A stretch of 64,000 bases of DNA from Candidatus Bathyarchaeota archaeon (GTDB lineage Archaea > Thermoproteota > Bathyarchaeia > Bathyarchaeales > Bathycorpusculaceae), in NCBI GenBank assembly GCA_963767735.1, contig CAVYES010000003.1, forward strand, positions 66,986 through 130,985. The letters are read 5' to 3'. Both the position numbers and the translations under genes were made by a program. Below are positions 10,145 to 18,942 of this stretch, piece by piece. The notes under the pieces were generated by a model. The model searched no databases and was not told the origin of the DNA. It was given only the letters and a program-made list of their open reading frames with translations. Position 1 is the stretch's first letter; the number at the start of each line of letters is the position of its first letter.

Positions 10145-10381
10145 TCCAGTTTAGACGACATGCTTTTCCCTATCTGTTAGTGATTAAACTATCAACATCC
10201 GCAAAATTCTGATTCAATAATATTTCTGCTTGAATATAGAAATCTTAATACCCCATCAAACCGCAGAAGCGGGGGCGGAGGGGATCGGGGTAGGGTATCA
10301 ATTTTGTTGATGAATTTCACTAGCTAAATTGAAGTCATATAGGGGCGAGAAAATTATTCCCATTCTTCAAATAGAGGGGCA

Positions 10382-11040
10382 AAAGGGTGGTTAAGCGGAT
10401 TTAGCCGAGTGCTAACATCATAAGGCTTAAAAACCTAAGGGGGAAACCTTACCGCTTTATAAGCAGCCAGACCCGCCCAACGACTGGGCTCTTAGCTGAT
10501 TCTTCTTCTTTCTTGTTATCTCGCTGAGCTTATTGAGAATATAAAATAATGTTGTGACAACTTGAAGCAACAATCGCTAAATCACTTAAAGGATTTTAGG
10601 GCATGGCTGATATTCAAAGGATACTTTTATGTTTCTAAGCCTTAGTTCGTGGATTCATACCTAATCATTTCCCGCATACTTTCTCTTTCTTCTTTTTTTG
10701 TCGTTAATTTTCTTCTGGGTTTGTTATGGAGACGAGGGATTGGTTGAACCAAGCGAAAGAGGCGAAATCTTCCGCACTCTCTTGCATCTTTTTCTTTTAC
10801 CAGATGAATCAACAGGTCCGAAAGGAATCGCGCCTACGGAGGAACTTTTATACCGTCGTCCCTTTTTTTTCCAACAAAGTTATCCAATAAAATCCTAAGG
10901 GGATAACGAGAAAGAAGATGCAACATTTATCGTTCTGCGTTTAGACCGGTATAGCTGTTAGTAAAAAAGGTGATGCATTCTGTGCTATTTTTCCTTAATC
11001 TAAAAGTTAGCATATAGCTAAATCCGCTTAACTACACTTT
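10382..11040. repeat. Pair of 35-bp imperfect inverted repeats (10382-10416 and 11006-11040) in a 1.2-kb intergenic region
   Basis: aaagggtggttaagcggatttagccgagtgctaac versus reverse-complemented aaagtgtagttaagcggatttagctatatgctaac: 29/35 identical, with a 16-bp perfect core. Confidence 0.8.
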
Positions 11041-11362
11041 ACTCTGTCAGACTCTGAGGGTTTGTTTCAATTAACTTTTCCAATCTGTTTGAAAATCAGT
11101 AAACTTAATTATGAATCTCCGTGGTAGAATAGGTGAAAATACTACTTAAAACCGATTTCTTCATTGACGTCTTATCACGCGTTCCTATCAGAGGGCTTTT
11201 ATTTAGTTTTGATCACTTTTCCGTTATTTCACTGCATGAATTAGTTTATGTTTTCTGATAATAACTAATTTATCTAAATCAGCTAAGAGGTTGTTTTTTA
11301 CCTTAAACGCCCATGTAACAGCAAACTTGATATGGTGAAAAAACAGTCTTTGGGGGGATGAA

Positions 11363-12403
11363 ATGAGCGCAACAGTTGAAGTTGACCAAACTGACCTTAA
11401 TATTCTGAAACTGCTAATGAGAGATGCTCGCATGAGACTCAAAGACATCGCTAAAGACTGCGGCATATCCTCCAATTCAGTGCTAAACCGATTTAAACGT
11501 CTAAAAACGTTCGGTGTGATAACTGGAGCAACAATTTGGCCTCGCCCCGATTCGCTTGACCTTCCAATAACAGCGACCATCGGAATAGATTTGGATTCAA
11601 ATGAGGATGAAGTTATCAAGTTAATTAGTGAACGAATGAAGTTGATTGAGCCTTCAGCAGCTTTGGGGAAATACGATTTACTCGCCCTTGTGATGGCGGG
11701 AAGCGTTACCGAATTAGATATGATAGCGTACGAGGTGAGGAAATGCGCTGGTGTAATAAAAGTAGCCGTTAACGTCTGGTCTGATAAACCACATATGAAT
11801 TTTGAAAACGTAAACTTGCAACCTAAAGAAACAGAAACCGGTATAGTTTGGGAAAGTAAATCAAACTTGAATTTTAAAAACGTAAACCCGCAACCTGAAA
11901 AATCTGCTGGAATGGATAAACTTGATTATCTTATAATGGGCGAACTGCTGAGAGATTCTCAATTGTCTTTTGTGACAATCGCAAAAAAGATGGATACCTC
12001 GCCGTACACTATTAGAAAGCGATACGAAAAAATGAAGAAAGAAGGACTAATCAACAGAAGCTCTGTGTTAATTGATCTTGAAAAGCTAGGATATCAGGGC
12101 AAAGTCTTCTTGATGATAACTATCGCTCCGCAACGAGACAAATCGAAGACAATATCAGCCATCAAAAAAATAAACAACATCTTTCTGGTCACTGAAATAA
12201 TGGGATCTTTCGACATACTCGCCCTCGCCCCAGTAACAGACATCAACAGCATCAGAACCTTAGTTAAAGAAACCAAAAAGTTGCCTGACGTACAAAAAGT
12301 GGAAATAACATGCATCAACAATAATGACTTTCCTTTTAACTCAAGTTGGCGCAAATTATTCAGCCGAAAAAGTCATGAGTTGGCAACCGTGTCAACAAAA
12401 TAG
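11363..12403 (+). CDS. Tandem (double) Lrp/AsnC-family transcriptional regulator
   Basis: Two HTH+RAM units, starting VDQTDLNILKLLMRDAR and MDKLDYLIMGELLRDSQLSF. Confidence 0.9.
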   Translation: MSATVEVDQTDLNILKLLMRDARMRLKDIAKDCGISSNSVLNRFKRLKTFGVITGATIWPRPDSLDLPITATIGIDLDSNEDEVIKLISERMKLIEPSAALGKYDLLALVMAGSVTELDMIAYEVRKCAGVIKVAVNVWSDKPHMNFENVNLQPKETETGIVWESKSNLNFKNVNPQPEKSAGMDKLDYLIMGELLRDSQLSFVTIAKKMDTSPYTIRKRYEKMKKEGLINRSSVLIDLEKLGYQGKVFLMITIAPQRDKSKTISAIKKINNIFLVTEIMGSFDILALAPVTDINSIRTLVKETKKLPDVQKVEITCINNNDFPFNSSWRKLFSRKSHELATVSTK

Positions 12404-12709
12404 AAATAGCCATAGGTAAAAAAGCCTGTTACTGCCAATCATTAATCTTACTGGAGGCTACTCAGCCCATATTCTGTTCTCATTGACTTTTACAGAATAA
12501 AAAAGGGGCAGAGTGAAACAGCTATCATCACTTTTAATAGAAAAATAGATGACCAGTCAAGGCTTGCAAATACATTTCTACCGGAAGCCTGAGATTTGGA
12601 GCGGTTTAAATGAAAAAAGTAATAGGTTTCCGTTTAAACCTATATGTTTGTGTTTCAAAACATAATAGTATTGTGAAAAGAAAAAAAATCAATTCGCTGA
12701 GGAACCAAA

Positions 12710-13891
12710 TTGCCATCGCATCAAAGTGTGTTCAAAGATGAGGCTAAGCTTGACATAAACTATGTTCCGCTGAAGCTGCCTCATAGGGAAAAAGAACACC
12801 GTTTGCTGATGGAATTCTTCAACTTCATCCTACGCTGCCCCGAAAGGATGTCTCAGCGAGTAATTATAACAGGCGAGGTGGGCACTGGAAAAACGGCCCT
12901 TGCCCAGCACTTTGGCGCCAGCATGACCTCGGAAACCAACAAACGAGCAATAAAATTCCGCTATGCACACGTTAACTGCAGAGAATACCGAGGCAACCTC
13001 CTCCCCGTTATCCATCACGCCATCACAGTTTTCCGCCCTACTTATCCATCACGCGGCTACTCAGCAGAAAATATTCTCACTACGCTAATGCAGGTTTTAG
13101 ATGAAGAAAACGTCACGATGATACTGGCACTTGACGAGTTTGACACTCTTATTGAAAACGAAGGCTCAGACGCCATCTATAAGCTGACCCGTTTGCAGGA
13201 GATGCGGCAGGGCAAGCCTCAGAGGCTGTCGTTTATTTTCATTATGCGTGATTTAAAATCTTTAGAGAAGTTAGATGCCAGCGCAAGAAGCACCCTTCAA
13301 CGTAGCATCATCGGGTTGGAGCGTTACGGCAAAGCACAGCTCATAGACATCTTAAATGACCGTGTTTCAATGGCTTTTGAGTTGGGCGCTGTTGAGGAAG
13401 ACGTTGTTGACCTCATTTCTGAGTTGGCTTTCAACGAAACAGGGAACGCCCGTTTCGGAATCGAATTGTTGTGGCGAGCAGGGAAATACGCAGACGCCCA
13501 AGATGCAGGCAGAGTTGAGCCTGAATGCGTCCGAATGGCAGTTTCCAGTATTGTTCCCAGCATACGCCGAAGTGAGCTGTCTGGGCTAGGTTTACACCAA
13601 AAATTGTTCTTACTCGCGGCAGCACGCTATTTTAGGGGCAATGAGCAGGCTTACGCTTCGCTGCCTGAGCTTGAAAAAACCTACGCAGTCGTTTGCGAAG
13701 AGTTCAATGTGAAGCCAAATAATCATACGCAACTGTGGAATTACACCCAGTTTCTCTCATCAATGGGCGCTTTAACAGTTGAAGTATCCACAACCCGCGG
13801 AAGGTCAACACAGGTTTCATTATCCATTCCAGCAAGTGAGTTAGAGAAAGAATTAAGCGCAAGCTTAGAAGTAGAAAAAGGGAAAACGTGA
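12710..13891 (+). CDS. cdc6: Orc1/Cdc6 replication initiation protein
   Basis: YVPLKLPHRE, Walker A GEVGTGKT, Walker B ALDEFD, GNARFGIELL and a C-terminal winged helix (RGRST). Confidence 0.93.
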   Translation: MPSHQSVFKDEAKLDINYVPLKLPHREKEHRLLMEFFNFILRCPERMSQRVIITGEVGTGKTALAQHFGASMTSETNKRAIKFRYAHVNCREYRGNLLPVIHHAITVFRPTYPSRGYSAENILTTLMQVLDEENVTMILALDEFDTLIENEGSDAIYKLTRLQEMRQGKPQRLSFIFIMRDLKSLEKLDASARSTLQRSIIGLERYGKAQLIDILNDRVSMAFELGAVEEDVVDLISELAFNETGNARFGIELLWRAGKYADAQDAGRVEPECVRMAVSSIVPSIRRSELSGLGLHQKLFLLAAARYFRGNEQAYASLPELEKTYAVVCEEFNVKPNNHTQLWNYTQFLSSMGALTVEVSTTRGRSTQVSLSIPASELEKELSASLEVEKGKT

Positions 13892-14172
13892 ACGATATGG
13901 AGCTAGAAGAAGTTTTTTCGTCAAAGCTTAGAATCAAAATTTTAAAGCTCATCTACCAATTAGGCTCCCTCAACGTTTCAGACGTCGCTCGCCGACTCAA
14001 CAGCAACTTCACCGCGACATCTGAGAACCTAAAAATTTTAGAAGCTGAAGGAATTTTGCACGAACATGTTTACGGCAGGGTTCGAATGTACAGGTTCAAT
14101 GAGGGTTCAGCAAAAGCTAAAGCTGTGCAAAACCTAATAGACGTCTGGGAACAAAATAAACAAGGCGAATAA
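13888..14172 (+). CDS. ArsR-like winged-helix regulator
   Basis: VFSSKLRIKILKLI...LNVSDVARRL...LEAEGIL...GRVRMYRF. Overlaps the cdc6 stop codon. Confidence 0.8.
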   Translation: MNDMELEEVFSSKLRIKILKLIYQLGSLNVSDVARRLNSNFTATSENLKILEAEGILHEHVYGRVRMYRFNEGSAKAKAVQNLIDVWEQNKQGE

Positions 14173-14175
14173 ACT

Positions 14176-14619
14176 GTGACGATGGTTGATGTTTCAGGCA
14201 AAGATGAAATTTTCCGTGAAGCAACTGCATCGGGAACTATAAAGTTGAAGGCGGAAACAATCAATTTAATTAAGAATGGAAAAATCGCGAAGGGAGAACC
14301 GCTATACACGGCAAAAATCGCTGGGGTGCTTGCGGCTAAGAAAACAAGTGGCCTGATTCCTCTGTGTCACCCGTTGCCGTTAACGAACGTGCAAGTTGAT
14401 GTTAAAGTGCTAAATGAGGGCACGGTTGAGGTTTTAGCCACCGTTAAAACAAAAGCGCAGACGGGAGTGGAAATGGAAGCGCTCACCGCGGTTTCGATAG
14501 CGTTGCTGACTGTTTGGGACATGACCAAGCAGTATGAAAAAGACGTTGCAGGCCAATATCCATCCACGGCAATAGAGAATATTCATGTTGTGCAGAAGTT
14601 TAAGAAGGCGGTAGGTTAA
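14176..14619 (+). CDS. moaC: Cyclic pyranopterin monophosphate synthase MoaC
   Basis: MVDVSGK, LIPLCHP, TGVEMEAL and WDMTK. Confidence 0.95.
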   Translation: MTMVDVSGKDEIFREATASGTIKLKAETINLIKNGKIAKGEPLYTAKIAGVLAAKKTSGLIPLCHPLPLTNVQVDVKVLNEGTVEVLATVKTKAQTGVEMEALTAVSIALLTVWDMTKQYEKDVAGQYPSTAIENIHVVQKFKKAVG

Positions 14620-14620
14620 C

Positions 14621-15154
14621 ATGAGTGAAAGCTCCAAGACGCATAAGGCTAAAGCAGTTAAAACGTTGAATTTCGGCGTTTACATCTGCAGCACTTCACG
14701 ATACCAGCACATTAAGCAGGGCGAAGCCGTCGTTAGTGATGTCGGCGGAGATTCAATGGTTGAGTTGCTTACAAAAGCTGGACAAAACGTCCTGTTCAAA
14801 AAAATAATTGCAGACGATAAGGTAATGATTTCTGATGCAGTTCAGCAAGCCCTAAACGTGCCTGATTTGCACGTCGTCATCTTTTCTGGAGGCACAGGAA
14901 TAACGGCGACTGATGTCACGATTGAAACGGTTTCGCCGTTCTTTGAGAAAACCCTGCCTGGCTTTGGCGAGTTTTTCAGGCGCATAAGCTTTGATCATGT
15001 TGGCTCTGCTGCGGTGTTGTCCCGTGCTGTAGCCGGTGTCGCTAAGGGCAAAGCATTGTTTTGCATCCCAGGTTCCCCTGACGCCGTGCATGTTGCTGTA
15101 GAAATGCTTATTTTGCCCGAATCTCCACACATCGTTAAGCACGCACGGGAATAA
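14621..15154 (+). CDS. moaB: Molybdenum cofactor biosynthesis protein MoaB/MogA
   Basis: SGGTGITATDVT, LPGFGEFFR, LSRAVAG and IPGSPDAV. Confidence 0.92.
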   Translation: MSESSKTHKAKAVKTLNFGVYICSTSRYQHIKQGEAVVSDVGGDSMVELLTKAGQNVLFKKIIADDKVMISDAVQQALNVPDLHVVIFSGGTGITATDVTIETVSPFFEKTLPGFGEFFRRISFDHVGSAAVLSRAVAGVAKGKALFCIPGSPDAVHVAVEMLILPESPHIVKHARE

Positions 15155-15162
15155 CGAAACAA

Positions 15163-16098
15163 ATGAGTTTAACAGACAACTGCGGAAGACCCTTACTTAA
15201 CCTGCGCATATCGATTACCCAGCGATGCAACAACCGCTGCTTATACTGCCACAGAGAAGGCGAAGTGAAACGCGCCAACAGCTCCGCCGAGAAAATGTCA
15301 AAGGAGGAAATCGTGCGTATTGCAAAAATCGCCGTGGACATTGGCATTGCAAGGATAAAATTGACAGGCGGGGAACCGCTCATGCGCAAAGATCTGCCGG
15401 AGATTGTTTCAGGCATAAAGGCGGTGCCTGGCTTGAAGGATTTATCGTTAACAACCAACGGTCTTTTGCTTGACGGCATGGCAAAGGAGTTGCATGAACG
15501 CGGATTAAAACGTGTAAACATCAGCTTGCCCTCGCTCAACGAGGAAACTTACCGCAAGCTAACGGGCGGGAACTTGCAAAAAGCGTTGGCGGGGGTTAAA
15601 GCAGCCCTTGAAGCGGGTTTCTGCCCGGTTAAACTAAACATGGTCTTATTGAAAAATATGAATGTGGGCGACGTACCTGAAATGATAGAGTATGCAAGAC
15701 AAACCGGTACGATACTGCAACTTATAGAGCTTGATCCAATAAACGTCACCAACAGTTACTATTCTACATACTACAAAAGCCTCGATGACCAAGAACAGAT
15801 GCTGCGTGACAAAGCCGAAACCGTTGAGAAAAGACCCTTCATGCACAACCGCCTCATCTACCACCTGCCAAATGTAACCGTCGAAGTCGTGCATCCGATA
15901 GAGAACACTGACTTCTGCATGCACTGCACCCGAATGCGAGTCACCAGCGACGGCAAACTTAAACCGTGCCTAATGAGAAACGACAACTTAACAGACATCC
16001 TAACACCCATGCGCAAAGGAGCAAACGACCAACAACTAAAACAACTATTCATCCAAGCTAATTCACTAAGAGAACCATACAATAAGAGCGCTCAATGA
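15163..16098 (+). CDS. moaA: GTP 3',8-cyclase MoaA (radical SAM)
   Basis: LRISITQRCNNRCLYCHREG, LTGGEPL and C-terminal CMHCTRMRVTSDGKLKPCL. Confidence 0.95.
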   Translation: MSLTDNCGRPLLNLRISITQRCNNRCLYCHREGEVKRANSSAEKMSKEEIVRIAKIAVDIGIARIKLTGGEPLMRKDLPEIVSGIKAVPGLKDLSLTTNGLLLDGMAKELHERGLKRVNISLPSLNEETYRKLTGGNLQKALAGVKAALEAGFCPVKLNMVLLKNMNVGDVPEMIEYARQTGTILQLIELDPINVTNSYYSTYYKSLDDQEQMLRDKAETVEKRPFMHNRLIYHLPNVTVEVVHPIENTDFCMHCTRMRVTSDGKLKPCLMRNDNLTDILTPMRKGANDQQLKQLFIQANSLREPYNKSAQ

Positions 16099-16115
16099 AG
16101 CAAGGGGAAACTTAA

Positions 16116-16613
16116 TCAGAGTTCGATTATTTTTGCTTCATGCTTTTCCGTATCAAGCAAGGCTAAGGTGGATTTTCCCGTCAGGTATCCGCAAAGTTCT
16201 CCTGGGTTTATAACCAGCGTTTTTCCCATCTTTTCGACGCTTCGATTGTGGCTGTGTCCGTGAATTACGGCGTCAAAGTAACCGCTGTTTACTAAAACGT
16301 TAAGCAACTCGGTTTCTTCTCCATGCAGCAAGGCAATTCTGTAGCCTTCCACAGTTACCGAGGCGAATCGACCGTGGACTGTGCAGTTGCTGGTTTCGCC
16401 AAACCGTTTCTTTAAAAGTTCGTGGTCTCCATCGTTGTTGCCAAATACGCCGATGAGTTTGCAGTTTAACTGTTTGAATTTGGGGATGACAAAACCTGCA
16501 ATGTAATCGCCAGCGTGAAGTACCAAGCCTACTTTTTGGTTATTTAGGTACTTCACTGCGTTTTCAACTTGGGGCAAATTATCGTGCGTATCTGAAATTG
16601 CGCCAATCAACAT
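16116..16613 (-). CDS. YfcE/MJ0936-type metallophosphoesterase
   Basis: SDTHDN, HAGD, GNND, GHSH and NPG motifs. Start placed at MLIGAIS. Confidence 0.9.
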   Translation of the reverse strand: MLIGAISDTHDNLPQVENAVKYLNNQKVGLVLHAGDYIAGFVIPKFKQLNCKLIGVFGNNDGDHELLKKRFGETSNCTVHGRFASVTVEGYRIALLHGEETELLNVLVNSGYFDAVIHGHSHNRSVEKMGKTLVINPGELCGYLTGKSTLALLDTEKHEAKIIEL

Positions 16614-16709
16614 GCTGTTTTCTCCCTTGGTATTTTTCTCCCCGTACAATAAAGGTTTTCCGTAAAACTTAACCTCGGCACAAATTCATTATAAAAACTT
16701 AAATGCTGA

Positions 16710-17060
16710 TTGATAGTTAAGCTTGTAGGGAAGTGGAGCAAGATATTTAGCGCTAAACCGAAAAGAAGAGACACATTGGACATAATGGCGCAAATTCTCG
16801 AAATCACTAAAGAAGACACCCTTAAAACTCAGATAATGTATAAAGCAAATTTAAGCTTCAACCAACTCAACGAATTCCTTCAATTCATGGCAATAAACAA
16901 TTTAATCACCCATAAAACCCTTGAAGGCAAAGGAGTCTACGCCACTACACTAAAAGGCTTCAATTTTATTCAAATATATAGTGAGTTACGTCAACTGGTA
17001 AAAACGGAAAACAGCAGCACACAAGTCAAAATTTCACCAAAACCTCCGTCAAAATCTTAA
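16710..17060 (+). CDS. Archaeal winged-helix protein (HTH_45-like)
   Basis: RRDTLDIMAQILE...KTQIMYKANLSF...YATTLKG. Start codon uncertain. Confidence 0.82.
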   Translation: MIVKLVGKWSKIFSAKPKRRDTLDIMAQILEITKEDTLKTQIMYKANLSFNQLNEFLQFMAINNLITHKTLEGKGVYATTLKGFNFIQIYSELRQLVKTENSSTQVKISPKPPSKS

Positions 17061-17067
17061 ACTTATT

Positions 17068-17784
17068 TTAGAAACGTTCAAGCATCATCAGCAATTCGCT
17101 AAGGCTCTTAATAGTTTGGTCAGGACGAATCTCCTTAGCTTTCTCGATGCGTCTTTGAATATAAATGGCTTTCATGCCAACCGCTTTTGCACCTTCAATA
17201 TCTGCATCTAAGGTGTCGCCGACAAAAACCGTTTCAGACGCAGAAACACCCAGCGCCCTTAAGGTGTTTTCAAAGATTTCTGGGCTTGGTTTGCGCTTAT
17301 TCACTGCGCCAGAAACAACAACGGCATCAAACAATTTATCTAAATCATGAGTTTTGAGCAGCTCGTGCACACATTCGGGAATTGCAAAATTAGAAATTAT
17401 GCCCAGCTTATATTTCCCATGCAAAATGCGCACAAGCTTCTCAGTATTTTCATCTAAATAAACAAAAGTCATGAATTCATCACAAAACTCAGCCGACGCA
17501 GAAGCCACAAAGGGGCTGGAAACGTCATAGTTGTAGCCTAAACTTTTCAATGTTTCAGAAACTCGAATGTTAAAGTGCGGTTCCTCTAAATTTTCATCAG
17601 CTTTAACATAGAGCTCATCACGAGCTTTAATGTACGCTTTTTGGAATATGTCAAAGGACACGTTTACCCCGTTTCTATTGAGGTACTTGTACATTCTCAA
17701 CAATGAAGGGCTGTAAAACTCATGATTTTTCCTAATCATCATCAAAGTATCGAACATATCAAATAGAACAGCTTTAATCGGCAT
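17068..17784 (-). CDS. HAD-family hydrolase
   Basis: LFDMFDTL, IISN, RKPSPEIF and VGDTLDADIEGA. Confidence 0.92.
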   Translation of the reverse strand: MPIKAVLFDMFDTLMMIRKNHEFYSPSLLRMYKYLNRNGVNVSFDIFQKAYIKARDELYVKADENLEEPHFNIRVSETLKSLGYNYDVSSPFVASASAEFCDEFMTFVYLDENTEKLVRILHGKYKLGIISNFAIPECVHELLKTHDLDKLFDAVVVSGAVNKRKPSPEIFENTLRALGVSASETVFVGDTLDADIEGAKAVGMKAIYIQRRIEKAKEIRPDQTIKSLSELLMMLERF

Positions 17785-18189
17785 CGACTTTTCCTAACAG
17801 TAAACTTTGCCGAGCCTTAAAATTCTTATCGCAACGCAAAACGCCTTTTCCCGTTTGCCGCCCTTAACTTTTTCCTGAGAAAACATGATATTGCAAAGCA
17901 AATCTCTGCTCGATATCGATGCTTAAAAAGATGAGATATGACAATTTTTTAATAGCATTATAACACTGGAAGTATAATGCAGATTTGATAAGTGGATGAT
18001 GAAAGCATAAATAAAAAAGGAATCTTGTCTGTTTTCATTGGATTCCTGAAATAAATTTAAACTGAAATCTAAACGATACTCGTCAAACCCTAAACCAAAA
18101 ACAACCTTAAACAATCCCTGAAGAAAAGAAAAGGGAGCGGGAGGGTACTATTTACAATTGAAACATTTATGTAAAAAGTGCAGTTAATG

Positions 18190-18233
18190 TGAAAAGTATA
18201 ACTAATTAGTTGGAAAGTATAAATGAAAGTAAC
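18190..18233 (+). promoter_or_regulatory. Putative antitoxin operator: three (g/a)aaagta direct repeats upstream of the AbrB-VapC pair
   Basis: gaaaagtata, ggaaagtata and tgaaagtaac lie 25-70 bp upstream of the AbrB start. Operator role is inferred. Confidence 0.35.
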
Positions 18234-18258
18234 ACCAATTGGTATTTAGTGGTTAAGA

Positions 18259-18510
18259 ATGCCTAAAAGAAATGTTGGACAGAAAGGGCAAGTTGTAATT
18301 CCTAAACAAATGAGGGATGCTTTGGGATTGAAACCGGGCGTTGAAATAACCCTAGAATTACGAGATAAAGAAATAGTGATTAAAAAGCCCGAAGTCAAGG
18401 GTAGTTATACTGAATATTTCATAAGCACTTCCTCGCCAAAATTAAAGAAAGAAGTGAATCTTAAGGAATTGTTTGAAGAAGAAGTTGAAGAACGACTTGG
18501 CTTACGTTGA
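18259..18510 (+). CDS. AbrB/MazE/SpoVT-family antitoxin
   Basis: VGQKGQVVIPKQMRDALGLKPG. Overlaps the downstream PIN gene. Confidence 0.9.
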   Translation: MPKRNVGQKGQVVIPKQMRDALGLKPGVEITLELRDKEIVIKKPEVKGSYTEYFISTSSPKLKKEVNLKELFEEEVEERLGLR

Positions 18511-18907
18511 CGCAAACGTTTTCGTTTACCCTATATTTTATTCGGAAGATTTAGGAGCAAAGGTAAAGAAAGCTAGGGAAATATTGCAGAAAATAGAAGA
18601 AGGAGAAATATTAGCATACACTTCTACGTTAACATGGGATGAAGTTGTTTGGGCAGTGAGGAAATTTATGGGCAGAGAAGAAAGTATAACTCAAGGACAA
18701 AAACTGCTTGGTTTTATTAATTTACATTTCATAACTGTTGACGAAAATATCCTATGCCGAGCCCAAGCACTCATGAGCAACTATAATCTTAAACCAAGGG
18801 ATTCAATTCATGTATCATCAGCGATTGATAGAAAACTAAAGACAATTATCAGCGATGACGTGGACTTTGATAAGGTTAAGGAAGTTAAAAGAATACCGCT
18901 TGTATAA
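18497..18907 (+). CDS. vapC: PIN-domain toxin VapC
   Basis: YVDANVF, TWDEV, PRDSIH and SDDVDFD acidic PIN residues. TTG start at 18497 is inferred. Confidence 0.88.
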   Translation: MAYVDANVFVYPIFYSEDLGAKVKKAREILQKIEEGEILAYTSTLTWDEVVWAVRKFMGREESITQGQKLLGFINLHFITVDENILCRAQALMSNYNLKPRDSIHVSSAIDRKLKTIISDDVDFDKVKEVKRIPLV

Positions 18908-18942
18908 ACTGATTGCTTGGCTCCCTAAACAATCCCGAACAG

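Noticed and set aside
10813-10832. SRP RNA, based on caggtccgaaaggaa
   Set aside because: The conserved AGCAG side of helix 8 is absent, and no ~300-nt archaeal SRP fold with an Alu domain is evident.
12404-12709. Canonical ORB origin immediately upstream of cdc6
   Set aside because: Only a short ggtttaaa/tttaaacc dyad and one G-string are present. There is no repeated TTCCAxxGGAA-type box.
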